From positions 1 to 60,119 of the forward strand of contig JAAZKT010000006.1 in the NCBI GenBank assembly GCA_012799695.1: 60,119 nt of DNA, read 5' to 3'. This DNA is from Clostridiaceae bacterium (lineage in GTDB: Bacteria; Bacillota; Clostridia; Saccharofermentanales; DTU023). Under the pieces are notes generated by a model. It ran no database searches. It was not told the origin of the DNA and was given only the letters and a program-made list of their open reading frames with translations. The position numbers were made by a program, and so were the translations under genes. How positions within the stretch are numbered: the stretch's first letter is position 1; every line of letters begins with the position of its first letter. Of this stretch, positions 9,355-19,093 are shown in pieces.

Positions 9355-10032
9355 CTACGAAGACACTTCTTCTGCGTCTTTCTCCACTTCTTCACTTGCT
9401 TCGGCGGACGCTTCTTCCGTGGCTTTCTCGGCGTCGGCTTTTGCGTCTTTCTCAGCGGCATCTGCCTCTTTCGGCTCATCCTCAGTAACGGTTTTACCGT
9501 CCGTCGTCAATAAATCGGCAACTCTCTCGACACCGGTTTCGGCACCTTTTTCCGCGATTTGACCGGCAACTTGAGCTAACGCCGTCAACGGATAGAGCAT
9601 CATGAAAAGCAACTGACCGTACAAGTTTTCGCGCGACTCCACTCGTGACAGCGCCATAATGTAATCGATATCATGGACTTCTCCGCCGATCACGCCGCCC
9701 TTGATCTTAAGTCTTCTGAACTTCTCGGTAAACTCACGCACCATGCGCGGAGCGAGAACGACGTCTTCCGAGCTGTAAGCAATGGCAGTCGGTCCCTTAA
9801 GCGTCTCTTCCAGCCCTCTGATGCCGAGCTGTTCAAATGCTCGTTCCGAGATCGTGTTTTTGACGACACGATATGTGAGGCCTTTGTTCCTGAAAGCTGC
9901 ACGCATTTCAGTATCTTGCTTAACGGTTAGACCCTTAAAGTCCGCAAACACGATTGATTCTGCGTTTTTCAACTCGTCGACGAGCGATGTGACTTGTTTT
10001 CTCTTTCTCTCCAGTACTTTTTCACTGGGCAT
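9355..10032 (-). CDS. rplJ: 50S ribosomal protein L10 with a roughly 50-aa acidic C-terminal extension
   Basis: The N-terminal 170 aa are typical L10 (KQVTSLVDELKNAESIVFADFKGLTVKQDTEMR). GAAGGAGG RBS. The tail is TEDEPKEADAAEKDAKADAEKATEEASAEASEEVEKDAEEVSS. Confidence 0.9.
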   Translation of the reverse strand: MPSEKVLERKRKQVTSLVDELKNAESIVFADFKGLTVKQDTEMRAAFRNKGLTYRVVKNTISERAFEQLGIRGLEETLKGPTAIAYSSEDVVLAPRMVREFTEKFRRLKIKGGVIGGEVHDIDYIMALSRVESRENLYGQLLFMMLYPLTALAQVAGQIAEKGAETGVERVADLLTTDGKTVTEDEPKEADAAEKDAKADAEKATEEASAEASEEVEKDAEEVSS

Positions 10033-10214
10033 GCGACACTTACCTCCTTCTAAATATTTAACACCCCTCCGCGAATGGCAGAGGGGCGCACAAAAAGTTG
10101 GTCCATCTACCTCGGCGGGACAGCTTGACCTGTTTATATCGAAAACGATTCCTGCTTTCTTCGGCGTTGAAGGTATTATTCTGTTTTGCGCCCATTATAC
10201 GATGGGCGATCGTC
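10033..10214 (-). promoter_or_regulatory. Candidate L10 (rplJ) leader / attenuator
   Basis: 182-nt untranslated gap between rplA and rplJ. On the minus strand, the stem CCCCTC/GAGGGG (10064-10069 / 10081-10086) is followed by a U-rich stretch just before the rplJ RBS. A second hairpin CGCCCAT/ATGGGCG follows the rplA stop. L10-leader autoregulation is known in Firmicutes, but no covariance-model search was run. Confidence 0.45.
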
Positions 10215-10907
10215 TTACTTCGAGAGCTTCGGGTTCGTGCGAACACCGGGGCCCATCGTGCTCGCCAGCGTGCAGCGACGGATGTATTGTCCTTTCGCTG
10301 CGGCCGGTTTCGCTCTGATCACGGCATCGAGCAATGCGTCAAAGTTATCGCGCAACTTTTCCACGCCGAACGATACTTTGCCGATGACGCAGTGAATGAT
10401 GTTCTGTCTCTCGAGTCTATACTCAATACGACCGGCTTTCGCCTCACTGACGGCTTGCGCCACGTCAGGCGTCACCGTGCCGGATTTCGGGTTCGGCATC
10501 AGTCCGCGAGGTCCGAGCACGCGACCGAGGCGGCCGACGATACCCATCATATCCGGTGTCGCGATCGCAACGTCAAACTCGAGCCAACCTTCTTTTTGAA
10601 TCTTTTCTGCGAGATCTTCCGCCCCGACATAGTCGGCACCCGCTTCTTTTGCCTGGTCTGCCGCAGGGCCTTTGGCAAACACGAGCACTCTCATCTCTTT
10701 ACCCGTTCCGTGGGGAAGTACAACTGTTCCGCGAATCTGCTGATCGGCTCGGCGCGAGTCGACGCCCATGCGAAGATGGATCTCAACCGTCTCATCGAAC
10801 TTTGCCGTCGCACTCTTGATCACAAGTTCAAGAGCCTCATCCGGTTCGTACGTCTTCTGGGGATCAACCAGTTTCGCAGCTTCAATATAACGTTTACCGC
10901 GTTTCAT
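10215..10907 (-). CDS. rplA: 50S ribosomal protein L1
   Basis: 230 aa, [15 protein letters not shown]...[19 protein letters not shown]. Confidence 0.95.
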   Translation of the reverse strand: MKRGKRYIEAAKLVDPQKTYEPDEALELVIKSATAKFDETVEIHLRMGVDSRRADQQIRGTVVLPHGTGKEMRVLVFAKGPAADQAKEAGADYVGAEDLAEKIQKEGWLEFDVAIATPDMMGIVGRLGRVLGPRGLMPNPKSGTVTPDVAQAVSEAKAGRIEYRLERQNIIHCVIGKVSFGVEKLRDNFDALLDAVIRAKPAAAKGQYIRRCTLASTMGPGVRTNPKLSK

Positions 10908-10925
10908 GACAGGTCCTCCCCTCTC

Positions 10926-11357
10926 TTATTTGTCGTAATCGACGACGATGCCCATGCTGCGGGCGGTCCCTGCCACCATGCGCGCGGCGGATTCCACGTC
11001 CGACGCATTCATGTCTTCCATCTTGATCTCGGCAATGCGTATGCATTCCGACCAAGGCACGGTCGCAACTTTTTTTGAATCGGGTTCGCCCGATCCCTTT
11101 TCCAAGTTACATGCTTTTTTGAGCAACACGGGGGCCGGCGGAGTTTTCGTAATGAATGAATACGTACGATCCTGATACACCGTAATCACGACGGGGATCA
11201 CAAGACCGATGTCTTTTTGTGTCCGTTCATTAAATTCTCTGACAAACTGGGCAATATTGAGCCCATGTTGTCCAAGAGCTGGTCCGACCGGCGGCGCCGG
11301 CGTCGCTTGTCCCGCCGGAATCTGAAGCTTCACATAGGCGGTAATCGGTTTAGCCAT
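10926..11357 (-). CDS. rplK: 50S ribosomal protein L11
   Basis: [35 protein letters not shown]... ATG 11357 is preceded by GGAGGTGG; the track ORF adds 5 upstream codons. Confidence 0.95.
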   Translation of the reverse strand: MAKPITAYVKLQIPAGQATPAPPVGPALGQHGLNIAQFVREFNERTQKDIGLVIPVVITVYQDRTYSFITKTPPAPVLLKKACNLEKGSGEPDSKKVATVPWSECIRIAEIKMEDMNASDVESAARMVAGTARSMGIVVDYDK

Positions 11358-11491
11358 AGAGCCACCTCCCATTTCTTTTTGATCCTGTTAAGGATACTGA
11401 CTTAATTATGATCAAGGCAGAAATCTTCTGCCGTCTCATCATCTATATCTAAAAAACAGCAAGTCTTCCGCACTCGCGGCGAAGATGCCGC

Positions 11492-12046
11492 TTACGGCTG
11501 GCGGATGACCTGCGTCAACTCCAACTCGACAGGAGTCTCGCGGCCGAACATCGAGACGATGACGGTCACCTTCTTCTTGTCGATGTTGATCTCGTCAACT
11601 TTTCCGTCGAAACCTGCCAGGGGCCCGTTGATGATGCGCACTTCATCACCTACGTCATAATCCATGACGGGCTCCCAATCGGAATCAAGCCCCATCATGC
11701 CGAGCTCATCATCCGTCAGCGGTACGGGATTCGTGCTGGACGGGCCGACAAAACCTGTGACGCCGCGCGTATTGCGGACGATATACCAGATATCGTCGGT
11801 TAGAATCATTTTGACGAGAACGTATCCCGGATAAATCTTCCGTTCAAATGTACGACGTTTCCCGTCTTTGATCTCGAGAACAGTCTCGACAGGGATGAGG
11901 ACTTCCTGAATCATATCCTGAAGTCCGCGGTTCTCAATAATCATCTCAAGCGTCGCCTTGACGCGTTTCTCGTATCCGGAATACGTGTGGATGACGTACC
12001 AGAGCGCTTCTTGGCCGTTTTTGTCAGAAGTCTCCGCCATCATCAT
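11492..12046 (-). CDS. nusG: Transcription termination/antitermination factor NusG
   Basis: NGN block WYVIHTYSGYEKRVKATLE and KOW block GDEVRIINGPLAGFDGKVDEI. Overlaps the secE stop by 4 nt. Confidence 0.95.
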   Translation of the reverse strand: MMMAETSDKNGQEALWYVIHTYSGYEKRVKATLEMIIENRGLQDMIQEVLIPVETVLEIKDGKRRTFERKIYPGYVLVKMILTDDIWYIVRNTRGVTGFVGPSSTNPVPLTDDELGMMGLDSDWEPVMDYDVGDEVRIINGPLAGFDGKVDEINIDKKKVTVIVSMFGRETPVELELTQVIRQP

Positions 12047-12411
12047 ACTCCGATGTTCCGGACAGACTCGCCGGGATTCAATGTATCGGAAATCGCGGGA
12101 GGTTCCGTTATTTCAGGAGTAGTCGCAGGCTTCGATGAATAGAATCCCGTAGTGCGCAGAATGAATCCGATCAAAGAATCAAAAACGAGAATCATAATGG
12201 TCGAAAGCGCAATGATCAACAGGACCGTCAACGTGCTTTGCTTCAGTTTCTTTTTGTCGGGCCACATGACGCGCTTTAATTCCATGATGATATTGACAAA
12301 CCATTTTTTCAGACGTGCAAAAATTGACGGCTTAGCGTCTTTTTTCGTTACTGCGCGTTTCGTTCCTTTTTTGCCGCGGTCTACCGCACTTTTTCCCTTT
12401 TTGCTCGCCAT
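12043..12411 (-). CDS. secE: Preprotein translocase subunit SecE (extended at both termini)
   Basis: Core is FVNIIMELKRVMWPDKKKLKQSTLTVLLIIALSTIMILVFDSLIGF. Lys-rich N-terminus and a roughly 35-aa Pro/Thr-rich C-terminal tail. Sits in the conserved rpmG-secE-nusG position. Confidence 0.85.
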   Translation of the reverse strand: MASKKGKSAVDRGKKGTKRAVTKKDAKPSIFARLKKWFVNIIMELKRVMWPDKKKLKQSTLTVLLIIALSTIMILVFDSLIGFILRTTGFYSSKPATTPEITEPPAISDTLNPGESVRNIGV

Positions 12412-12435
12412 AAGATCACTCCCGTGAGTACACCA

Positions 12436-12600
12436 TTATTTCGTTTCGCGATGAATCGTATGCTTGTTGCAGAACTTGCAAAACTTACTCAACTCCACCT
12501 TTTCAGGCGTATGCATCTTATTCTTCTTTGTATTGTAATTACGCTGTTTGCATTCCGAGCATGCAAGCGTAATTCTCTCTCGTGCACCCGGTTTTGCCAT
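12436..12600 (-). CDS. rpmG: 50S ribosomal protein L33
   Basis: Absent from the ORF track (54 aa). My own translation gives [54 protein letters not shown] with the two CxxC pairs. GGAGGAAACCACC precedes ATG 12600. Confidence 0.9.
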   Translation of the reverse strand: MAKPGARERITLACSECKQRNYNTKKNKMHTPEKVELSKFCKFCNKHTIHRETK

Positions 12601-12682
12601 GGTGGTTTCCTCCACTTATTTCATGTATCGAGACAGCTTGTCCGCGCAAAAAAAAAGACTCCGGCGTCCGACAAGCAGAAGT

Positions 12683-12712
12683 ATACTAACACGAAGCAAG
12701 CGACCGTGTCAA
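12683..12712 (-). promoter_or_regulatory. Candidate sigma-A promoter of the rpmG-secE-nusG unit
   Basis: On the minus strand: TTGACA (12707-12712), 18-nt spacer, then TAGTAT (12683-12688) with a TG two bases upstream. Confidence 0.45.
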
Positions 12713-12735
12713 ATGGGAGTTTTTTAGGAAAGCTG

Positions 12736-13332
12736 CTACCAGACGACCGCCCGGTCCTGTGCCTCGCGGATCGCACGCCCCAAGATAATCTCCGGCGGTT
12801 CGATCTGAAGATCGAGTCCGTCAGCCACCACGTAGTCGAATTCGTTAATGCCGAAGAATGTCGCGAGATTCCGCATCATCGGTATGCCCGTCTCAAGAGG
12901 CGATTGACTGTAATCTGATCCCCGCGTCGTCAGGAAAAACATCTTTTCGGCGCGACAGATCCCGAAAAGCCCCGCATTGTCGTCAACGTCAAAGGTAATT
13001 CCCTGCACGCTGACGTTTTCAATATAGATTTTCAAGAGAGCCGGCACACTCAAATCCCAAAATGGAGCGGCAATGACAATGCGGTCAGCTGAAGCGAATT
13101 GGTGCGCGTAGCGAAATCTAGGATGAGACAGCTCCCCGTTTGCGAGGAGTCGTTCGCGCTGCAAGAAGAAATCGCCTGTAAGAGGGACGAGAGGTTCTTC
13201 CATGAGCGTCAACCGTTCGACCGTAAAAGCCTCTCGGATTGCAAGACCGAAGAGAAAGGCCTCCCCCAATTGACGTGTACGAGATTCCTCTCCGCGAATA
13301 CAACAATCAATGTATAAGACATTTGTCGTCAT
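12736..13332 (-). CDS. Flavodoxin-fold NAD(P)H-dependent oxidoreductase (FMN azoreductase / quinone reductase-like)
   Basis: I prefer ATG 13332 (MTTNVLYIDCC...) to the track start 13380. The block IVIAAPFWDLSVPALLKIYIE resembles the AzoR/ACP-phosphodiesterase-type PxYNFxxPxxLKxxID region. Confidence 0.65.
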   Translation of the reverse strand: MTTNVLYIDCCIRGEESRTRQLGEAFLFGLAIREAFTVERLTLMEEPLVPLTGDFFLQRERLLANGELSHPRFRYAHQFASADRIVIAAPFWDLSVPALLKIYIENVSVQGITFDVDDNAGLFGICRAEKMFFLTTRGSDYSQSPLETGIPMMRNLATFFGINEFDYVVADGLDLQIEPPEIILGRAIREAQDRAVVW

Positions 13333-13425
13333 GTGTTTTCCCTCGAAACGACTCCATACGGTCGTTTTCCCCAAAATCATTTGTAAACGTATTATCCACC
13401 GGTACCACAGTCATTCATCGCTGCA

Positions 13426-14358
13426 TCAGCCGAAACGTGCGAACAGCTCGAAAAGGCGGTCTTTGAATGCGTCGCGATCGACGTTTATGACGGCGAGATG
13501 CTCTCGCATGTCATACTTTTTGTCGGAATAGAGATCGGTCACCGTTTTGCCGTACGTACACGACCCTTTCGTCTCGACGCGAACCCATGCCGGGCGCGCC
13601 TCAAACATCGCACCGTCGTCAGCATATAATACGGCGGCGGGATCATGGAGCGCGACACCCGGGAGCTGATACGATTCTCCGAACTTCAGCGCTCTTTGCA
13701 GACAGTCCCGCGCAAAGGTCGCCTGCGGTGTACCGAGCTGTGCCAAGTCATCGAGCTCCTCACGTGTGAGATACGCTTTCATCGTCATATCGAGTCCGCA
13801 CATCTCAACCTGAACGCCGCAATCGAAGAGCATCGCGGCGGCCTCAGGATCGGCGAGAATATTAAACTCGGCGGCGGGCGTTACGTTCCCGCCCACGGCA
13901 GCGCCGCCCATGATGACGATCCTCTTGATGAGGTTCGGAAAGTCTTTATATTTCGTGAGCGTCAGCCCGATATTCGTCATCGGGCCGACGGCGATCAGAA
14001 CGAGCTCGCCCGCGTGTTGTACAGCTGCCTGATAAAGCGCATCCCACGCTGGAAGTGTTTCCGGAAAGCGTTCCGACTCCGGTAAAATGACGCCGCCAAG
14101 ACCGTCCTCACCGTGTACATAGGACGCAGTAATCTGCTCACGCATCATCGGTTGCGCCGCGCCTCGATAAACGGGGTACGACACTCGGCAAAGATCGAGT
14201 ACTCGAAGCGTGTTATTGGTTGTCTTATCGACCCCGACATTACCGGCAACCGTTGAAACGCCGACAACGTCAAACGAATCGAGTTGACTTAAGAGTATAA
14301 GCGCGATGGCATCATCGACGCCGGTATCACAATCAAACCACACAGGTGTTTTCTTCAT
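13426..14358 (-). CDS. Nucleoside hydrolase (inosine/uridine-preferring family), paralog 2
   Basis: 310 aa. N-terminal Asp cluster FDCDTGVDDAIAL, then AEFNILADPEAA. 4-nt overlap with the upstream paralog. Confidence 0.85.
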   Translation of the reverse strand: MKKTPVWFDCDTGVDDAIALILLSQLDSFDVVGVSTVAGNVGVDKTTNNTLRVLDLCRVSYPVYRGAAQPMMREQITASYVHGEDGLGGVILPESERFPETLPAWDALYQAAVQHAGELVLIAVGPMTNIGLTLTKYKDFPNLIKRIVIMGGAAVGGNVTPAAEFNILADPEAAAMLFDCGVQVEMCGLDMTMKAYLTREELDDLAQLGTPQATFARDCLQRALKFGESYQLPGVALHDPAAVLYADDGAMFEARPAWVRVETKGSCTYGKTVTDLYSDKKYDMREHLAVINVDRDAFKDRLFELFARFG

Positions 14359-15299
14359 CCTAATGTTACCTCCCCGTAAGACGCGACGGATTCGACAAGA
14401 AGATCAATGAACGCTTCACGGTCAATGTCCATGATGCACGTTACGTTCGGTTTTCGTCCAAGATAACCGTAAATGTCACCCACCGTCGCCCCTCGCGTAT
14501 ATTCGCCTATAAGCTCGACCTCTACATACATCTCACACATCGTCAGAAGATCGGGTCGCACGATCGCCACGATCGCAACCGCATCGTGAACAGGAGCGCC
14601 TTCGTATCCCAGCGGTTGATGGAATTGGTAGAAAAACTCAAGCCAGCCGGCAACGATACGTGCGATTTCATTTCCCACCGACCTGATGCGTTCGATATCT
14701 TCCGGGTGGACAAGTGCCTTTTCCGTCACATCAAGCCCCGCCATCGTAATCGGCAACCCCGAGCGGAAGACGATATCGGCCGCTTCAGGGTCGACGAGAA
14801 TATTAAATTCCGCCGCGGCTGTCCAGTTACCTTTCGTAATACCGCCGCCCATCATGTAGATATGCTTGATCTTCTCTTTTAAATCGGGACGCAACAACAG
14901 AAGCGACGCGATATTCGTCAGAGGACCTGTCGGTACAAGAACGATCGGCTCATCGCTCGTCTCCAAGAGCCGTGCCATCAGCTCGACGGCTTCCTCCTCG
15001 ACAATATCGCGCGCAGGCTCGGGCAGCCCAGGTCCGTCGAGACCGGTCACTCCGTGGACGCCGGGTGCGACGATCAGGTCGCAGAGAAGCGGCTTGGCTC
15101 GCCCCGCCGCACGCGGCACATCCAGCCCGATCAGCGACATGACACGACCGGCGTTATACGTCGTCTTCGCGAGCGTCTGATTGCCGCCGACAGTCGTGAC
15201 CGCGAGAATAACGAGTTCCTGACGAGAGTTCGCGAGAACCCACGCGATCGCGTCGTCGTGACCGGGGTCACCGTCAAGAATTACGGGTATTTTCTTCAT
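14355..15299 (-). CDS. Nucleoside hydrolase (inosine/uridine-preferring family), paralog 1
   Basis: 314 aa. LDGDPGHDDAIA and AEFNILVDPEAA motifs. Confidence 0.85.
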   Translation of the reverse strand: MKKIPVILDGDPGHDDAIAWVLANSRQELVILAVTTVGGNQTLAKTTYNAGRVMSLIGLDVPRAAGRAKPLLCDLIVAPGVHGVTGLDGPGLPEPARDIVEEEAVELMARLLETSDEPIVLVPTGPLTNIASLLLLRPDLKEKIKHIYMMGGGITKGNWTAAAEFNILVDPEAADIVFRSGLPITMAGLDVTEKALVHPEDIERIRSVGNEIARIVAGWLEFFYQFHQPLGYEGAPVHDAVAIVAIVRPDLLTMCEMYVEVELIGEYTRGATVGDIYGYLGRKPNVTCIMDIDREAFIDLLVESVASYGEVTLG

Positions 15300-15311
15300 T
15301 TTGTCACTCCG

Positions 15312-16277
15312 TTATGACAGTTTTTCTTTAATCGGTTTTAGTTGGTGCCTACGGGCTTTCCGCTTGATGCTCATCGCGTAGAAAACGAGGCCGATGATCG
15401 TCACAACGTAAGGAATCATCTCGATCAAATAGTTGTAACTCGCCATCCCGCGCAATCCAGATACTTTCGTCTTCATCGCCTGTGCCAAACCGAAGAGAAG
15501 CGAAGAGAACATAGCGCCTACTGGTTCTCCTCTTCCCATGGCTTGAGCCGCAAGCGCAATAAAGCCTCGACCAGCGACCATCCCCTGATTCCATCCTTGC
15601 GAATAGTACATGGACATGAAGGCGCCGCCCAAACCGGCAAGCGCGCCGGACATGGCGATCGCAATGTATTTCATTCTCGTCACGCTGACACCGACACTGG
15701 AAGCAGCATTCGGGTTCTCGCCGACAGCGCGGATCTTGAGCCCGAGAGGCGTCCTGTAGAGAAAGATGCGCAGAATAAAGACGAAAATAAACGCCAGATA
15801 AGTCAAGATGGCATGTCCCGACAGAATTTCTCCAAGAACAGGTATTTTGTTGATTAAAGGAATGTCGATCGTGGGGATGAGTATATTAGGCGATACAAGT
15901 GCCCCCGTATTGCCTCGAAGACCGGTAAACATATAGAGCAGAAAAATCGTCCCCCCCGTCCCCAGCATGTTGACGGCAATACCGGAAAGAATAATGTCCG
16001 TCTTCAATTTGAATGAAAAGAACCCCATCATCAGACCCAGCAAGATGCCAACCAACATCGCTCCGAGAACTCCGACAACCCAACTCTGAGTCCAATAAGC
16101 AAACAGAAAACCGAATAGCGCCGTGATCATCATCATGCCTTCAAGACCGATGTTGGCGACACCCGCCTTTTCCGAAATGACGGCAGCCAGAGCGGCGAAG
16201 AGAATGGGGGCGGTGATCCTGATAATAATGAACAGAAAATCAGCTTGGAAAATCGTCTGGAAAAATTGTCCGAACAT
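15312..16277 (-). CDS. ABC transporter permease (BMP/nucleoside uptake system)
   Basis: 321 aa polytopic membrane protein, immediately downstream of the sister permease. Typical of the NupQ/Bmp-type four-gene layout. Confidence 0.8.
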   Translation of the reverse strand: MFGQFFQTIFQADFLFIIIRITAPILFAALAAVISEKAGVANIGLEGMMMITALFGFLFAYWTQSWVVGVLGAMLVGILLGLMMGFFSFKLKTDIILSGIAVNMLGTGGTIFLLYMFTGLRGNTGALVSPNILIPTIDIPLINKIPVLGEILSGHAILTYLAFIFVFILRIFLYRTPLGLKIRAVGENPNAASSVGVSVTRMKYIAIAMSGALAGLGGAFMSMYYSQGWNQGMVAGRGFIALAAQAMGRGEPVGAMFSSLLFGLAQAMKTKVSGLRGMASYNYLIEMIPYVVTIIGLVFYAMSIKRKARRHQLKPIKEKLS

Positions 16278-16281
16278 ATGA

Positions 16282-17403
16282 TCACTCTCCTTCCGTCGCC
16301 TTGAGCGACTCTGCTCTCATCAATTCCTCGCGCGTCGTCTTGACAACAAGTTTTTGTCTGTAACCTGACAGGAATTGCTCTGCCGCGAAGAACAGGAAAA
16401 TTGCCGCCTGAATAATGTCGATCATCTCGCTCGGGACATCGCTGTGGGTTGACATCAATTGACAGCCCTTATTCAAATAAGCTAGGAAGAACGCCGCGAG
16501 AGGTACGAGACCGGGATTATTTTTTGCTAAAATCGCGATCGTCACGCCCGTCCAACCGTAACCGGGAAGTTCCCGCCACACGAACGTGTTGTAACGTCCG
16601 AGCACCTCGAGACTTCCTCCCATCCCCGATAACATCCCACCGATCACCGAGGATAAAACGATCGTTCCTCCGACATTCATACCGGAATAGAGGGAAAACG
16701 ATTCGTTGATTCCGATCATCCTGATCGCGTATCCCCAGCGCGTCCGGTACATGAAGACCCAAATAACAAAAGAGATGACAAGTGCGATGACAAAGCCCCA
16801 TGTCAGTTTGCTGTTGCCCGGGACAATCGAAGATATCTTCGCCGAGTCCAAGAAAGGATACGTCATTGTCGCACCCTTTGACCGGTCGGCAAAATGGTAA
16901 TTGAGAAAATGGAGTACGATGTACAGCAACACGAAATTGAGCATCAGGCTCGTCACCATCTCGCTTGCCCCCAGCTTTACCTTGAGAATGGACGGAATCA
17001 ACATGATCAAGCCACAGACGACGGTCGCCGCGAGCACACAGATAACGGCGTGCCAACCTGTCGCCATATTCACGTAGATACCGACGAGCGCTCCGACAAA
17101 TCCGCCCACAAGCACACATCCCTCCGCCGCCAGATTGAATTGATTCGCGGAGAACATGACACAAACGGCGAGACCGGTGAAGATGGTCGGAATCATGGCG
17201 GCGAGAACTTGATAGAAATTCTGTGTATTGAACGCCGTGACACCGCCGTGAAAACTTACAAACGGTCCAATCAATAAGTACTTCAGCGCTGTAAACGGCT
17301 CATCCGAGCTGAGAAAGATAAAAATCGTTCCGACTGCAAGTGCAAGCGCGATTGCCGCGGCTCCGCGCACGAAGCCGAAAAGAACCATCCTTTTATCACG
17401 CAT
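16282..17403 (-). CDS. ABC transporter permease (BMP/nucleoside uptake system)
   Basis: Polytopic membrane protein. I prefer ATG 17403 (MRDKRMVLFG..., 8-nt overlap with the ATPase stop) to the track start 17427. Confidence 0.8.
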   Translation of the reverse strand: MRDKRMVLFGFVRGAAAIALALAVGTIFIFLSSDEPFTALKYLLIGPFVSFHGGVTAFNTQNFYQVLAAMIPTIFTGLAVCVMFSANQFNLAAEGCVLVGGFVGALVGIYVNMATGWHAVICVLAATVVCGLIMLIPSILKVKLGASEMVTSLMLNFVLLYIVLHFLNYHFADRSKGATMTYPFLDSAKISSIVPGNSKLTWGFVIALVISFVIWVFMYRTRWGYAIRMIGINESFSLYSGMNVGGTIVLSSVIGGMLSGMGGSLEVLGRYNTFVWRELPGYGWTGVTIAILAKNNPGLVPLAAFFLAYLNKGCQLMSTHSDVPSEMIDIIQAAIFLFFAAEQFLSGYRQKLVVKTTREELMRAESLKATEGE

Positions 17404-18955
17404 GACAAGCCCTCCTGATCTCTTCATCGCTCTGACGTTTTAGTCCGAGCATATACTCACCCATCATCAAATCGTCCCACTGTCCGTCGTCAAAGTAACC
17501 GGCAATTTGACCGTTATACATGACGATGAGATTGTCCGACAATTCCATGACTTCATTCAAATCTGCCGACACGAGAAGTACGGCAGCCCCTGCGCGTGAT
17601 AACTCAACAAGTTTATTTCTGATCAATTCCGTCGCACCCACATCGATACCGCGCGTTGGCTGATCGGCAATGATGAGAATGGGGTCACTTGAAAACTCTC
17701 GCGCGACGACGACCTTCTGGATGTTACCTCCGGAGAGCATGCCAACCTCTTGAGCGCGCGATTTGCAGAGTACGGCATAGTCCATGATGAGCTTATCGCT
17801 CTCGTCGTAGAGCGATTTCATATTGAACAGCGGACCTTTATTAAAACGCTTCTGACTATAGCGGTCAGAGACCATGTTCTCTTGAATATTCGCCGTCTGG
17901 GCGACTCCGAATGTCATGCGGTCTTCCGGGACATACGAGACACCGAGTGTCCTGATTCTCGCCTGTGGCAGACCGATAAGTGATTGACCGTCGATCGTCG
18001 CATCGCCGGAATCAGGCATTTTCAGCCCGAACAGAATATCGACAAGTTCGCGCTGCCCATTTCCCTCTACGCCCGCAATACCGACTATTTCGCCTTGACG
18101 GACGGAAAAAGAAATGCCGTCGAGCATTTTTTTATCCCACTCATTGATGTAATGCAAATCCTCAACGCAAAGCACTCGTTCACCGGGAACGGATTCAGGC
18201 TTGTCCATTTTCAACACGACATCGCGTCCGACCATCAATCGCGATATTTCCTGCTCCGAGATCGAATCTGTATCATAAACACCGACCGAGCGACCTGCGC
18301 GCATGATCGTAATGCGATCGGTCAACTCCTTTATCTCCTTCAGTTTATGTGAGATAAAAACGATCGTGAAACCTTGCTCTTTAAGATTTTTCAACTCTTG
18401 GAATAACTCAACCGTTTCCTGCGTTGTCAAGACGGCCGTCGGTTCGTCGAGAATCAGCACCTGCGCACCGCGCACCAGAGCTTTCAGTATCTCGACTTTT
18501 TGTTTCATGCCGACGGCGATATCGGCAACGCGTGCGTCAGGCTCAACGAACAAATTGTATCGCTCCGAATATTCGCGCGTCAGACGAACCGCCTCTTTAT
18601 AGTCAATAAAAAGCCCGCCCTTCTTCGGCGCCATACCGAGGACAATATTCTCGGCGACCGTCAAGCTAGAAACGAGCATAAAGTGTTGATGCACCATGCC
18701 GATACCCTTGCTGATCGCCTCGAGTGGTGATGAGAGGGTAACCCGTTCATCGTTCAGATAAATCGTGCCGTCGGTCGGTTGCTCAAGTCCGAAAAGAATT
18801 TTCATCAGAGTTGACTTCCCCGCGCCGTTCTCACCGATGAGGGCATGTATTTCACCTTTTCTGATGGTAAAATCGACGTCGCGGTTCGCGGCGATGCCGT
18901 TCGGATAGATCTTCGTGATCTTTTCCATGCGAACGACAAATTCATTTGCTTCCAT
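17396..18955 (-). CDS. ABC transporter ATP-binding protein with duplicated ATPase domains
   Basis: 519 aa. Walker A GENGAGKST. The second half has LSGGNIQKV (signature) and a LLVSADLNE-type region. RbsA/NupO-like architecture. Confidence 0.9.
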   Translation of the reverse strand: MEANEFVVRMEKITKIYPNGIAANRDVDFTIRKGEIHALIGENGAGKSTLMKILFGLEQPTDGTIYLNDERVTLSSPLEAISKGIGMVHQHFMLVSSLTVAENIVLGMAPKKGGLFIDYKEAVRLTREYSERYNLFVEPDARVADIAVGMKQKVEILKALVRGAQVLILDEPTAVLTTQETVELFQELKNLKEQGFTIVFISHKLKEIKELTDRITIMRAGRSVGVYDTDSISEQEISRLMVGRDVVLKMDKPESVPGERVLCVEDLHYINEWDKKMLDGISFSVRQGEIVGIAGVEGNGQRELVDILFGLKMPDSGDATIDGQSLIGLPQARIRTLGVSYVPEDRMTFGVAQTANIQENMVSDRYSQKRFNKGPLFNMKSLYDESDKLIMDYAVLCKSRAQEVGMLSGGNIQKVVVAREFSSDPILIIADQPTRGIDVGATELIRNKLVELSRAGAAVLLVSADLNEVMELSDNLIVMYNGQIAGYFDDGQWDDLMMGEYMLGLKRQSDEEIRRACHA

Positions 18956-19093
18956 GCGTTTCGCTCTCCTGTCTCCACAACTTTTTGCGAGCGCCCTTTA
19001 CGCACGCAAGGGGGATCCGCGCGCAGATCCCCCTTCTTTCGTTCAGATATCACACAGAGATATCACAACGTCTACAGACGACACTCGTCACAT

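Noticed and set aside
10098-11078. 326-aa plus-strand ORF, the longest unexplained ORF in the ribosomal region
   Set aside because: It is entirely antisense to rplA and rplK, whose products are unmistakable. Its translation is Arg/His/Phe-rich low-complexity sequence with no RBS. It looks like a shadow ORF.
12615-12665. A9/T9 run in the rpmG leader, considered as the terminator of the upstream reductase gene
   Set aside because: I could not find a convincing GC-rich stem directly preceding the U-run on the minus strand, only 3-4 bp pairings. A 7-bp long-range pairing, GCTTGTC/GACAAGC, encloses the run instead. I left it unannotated.
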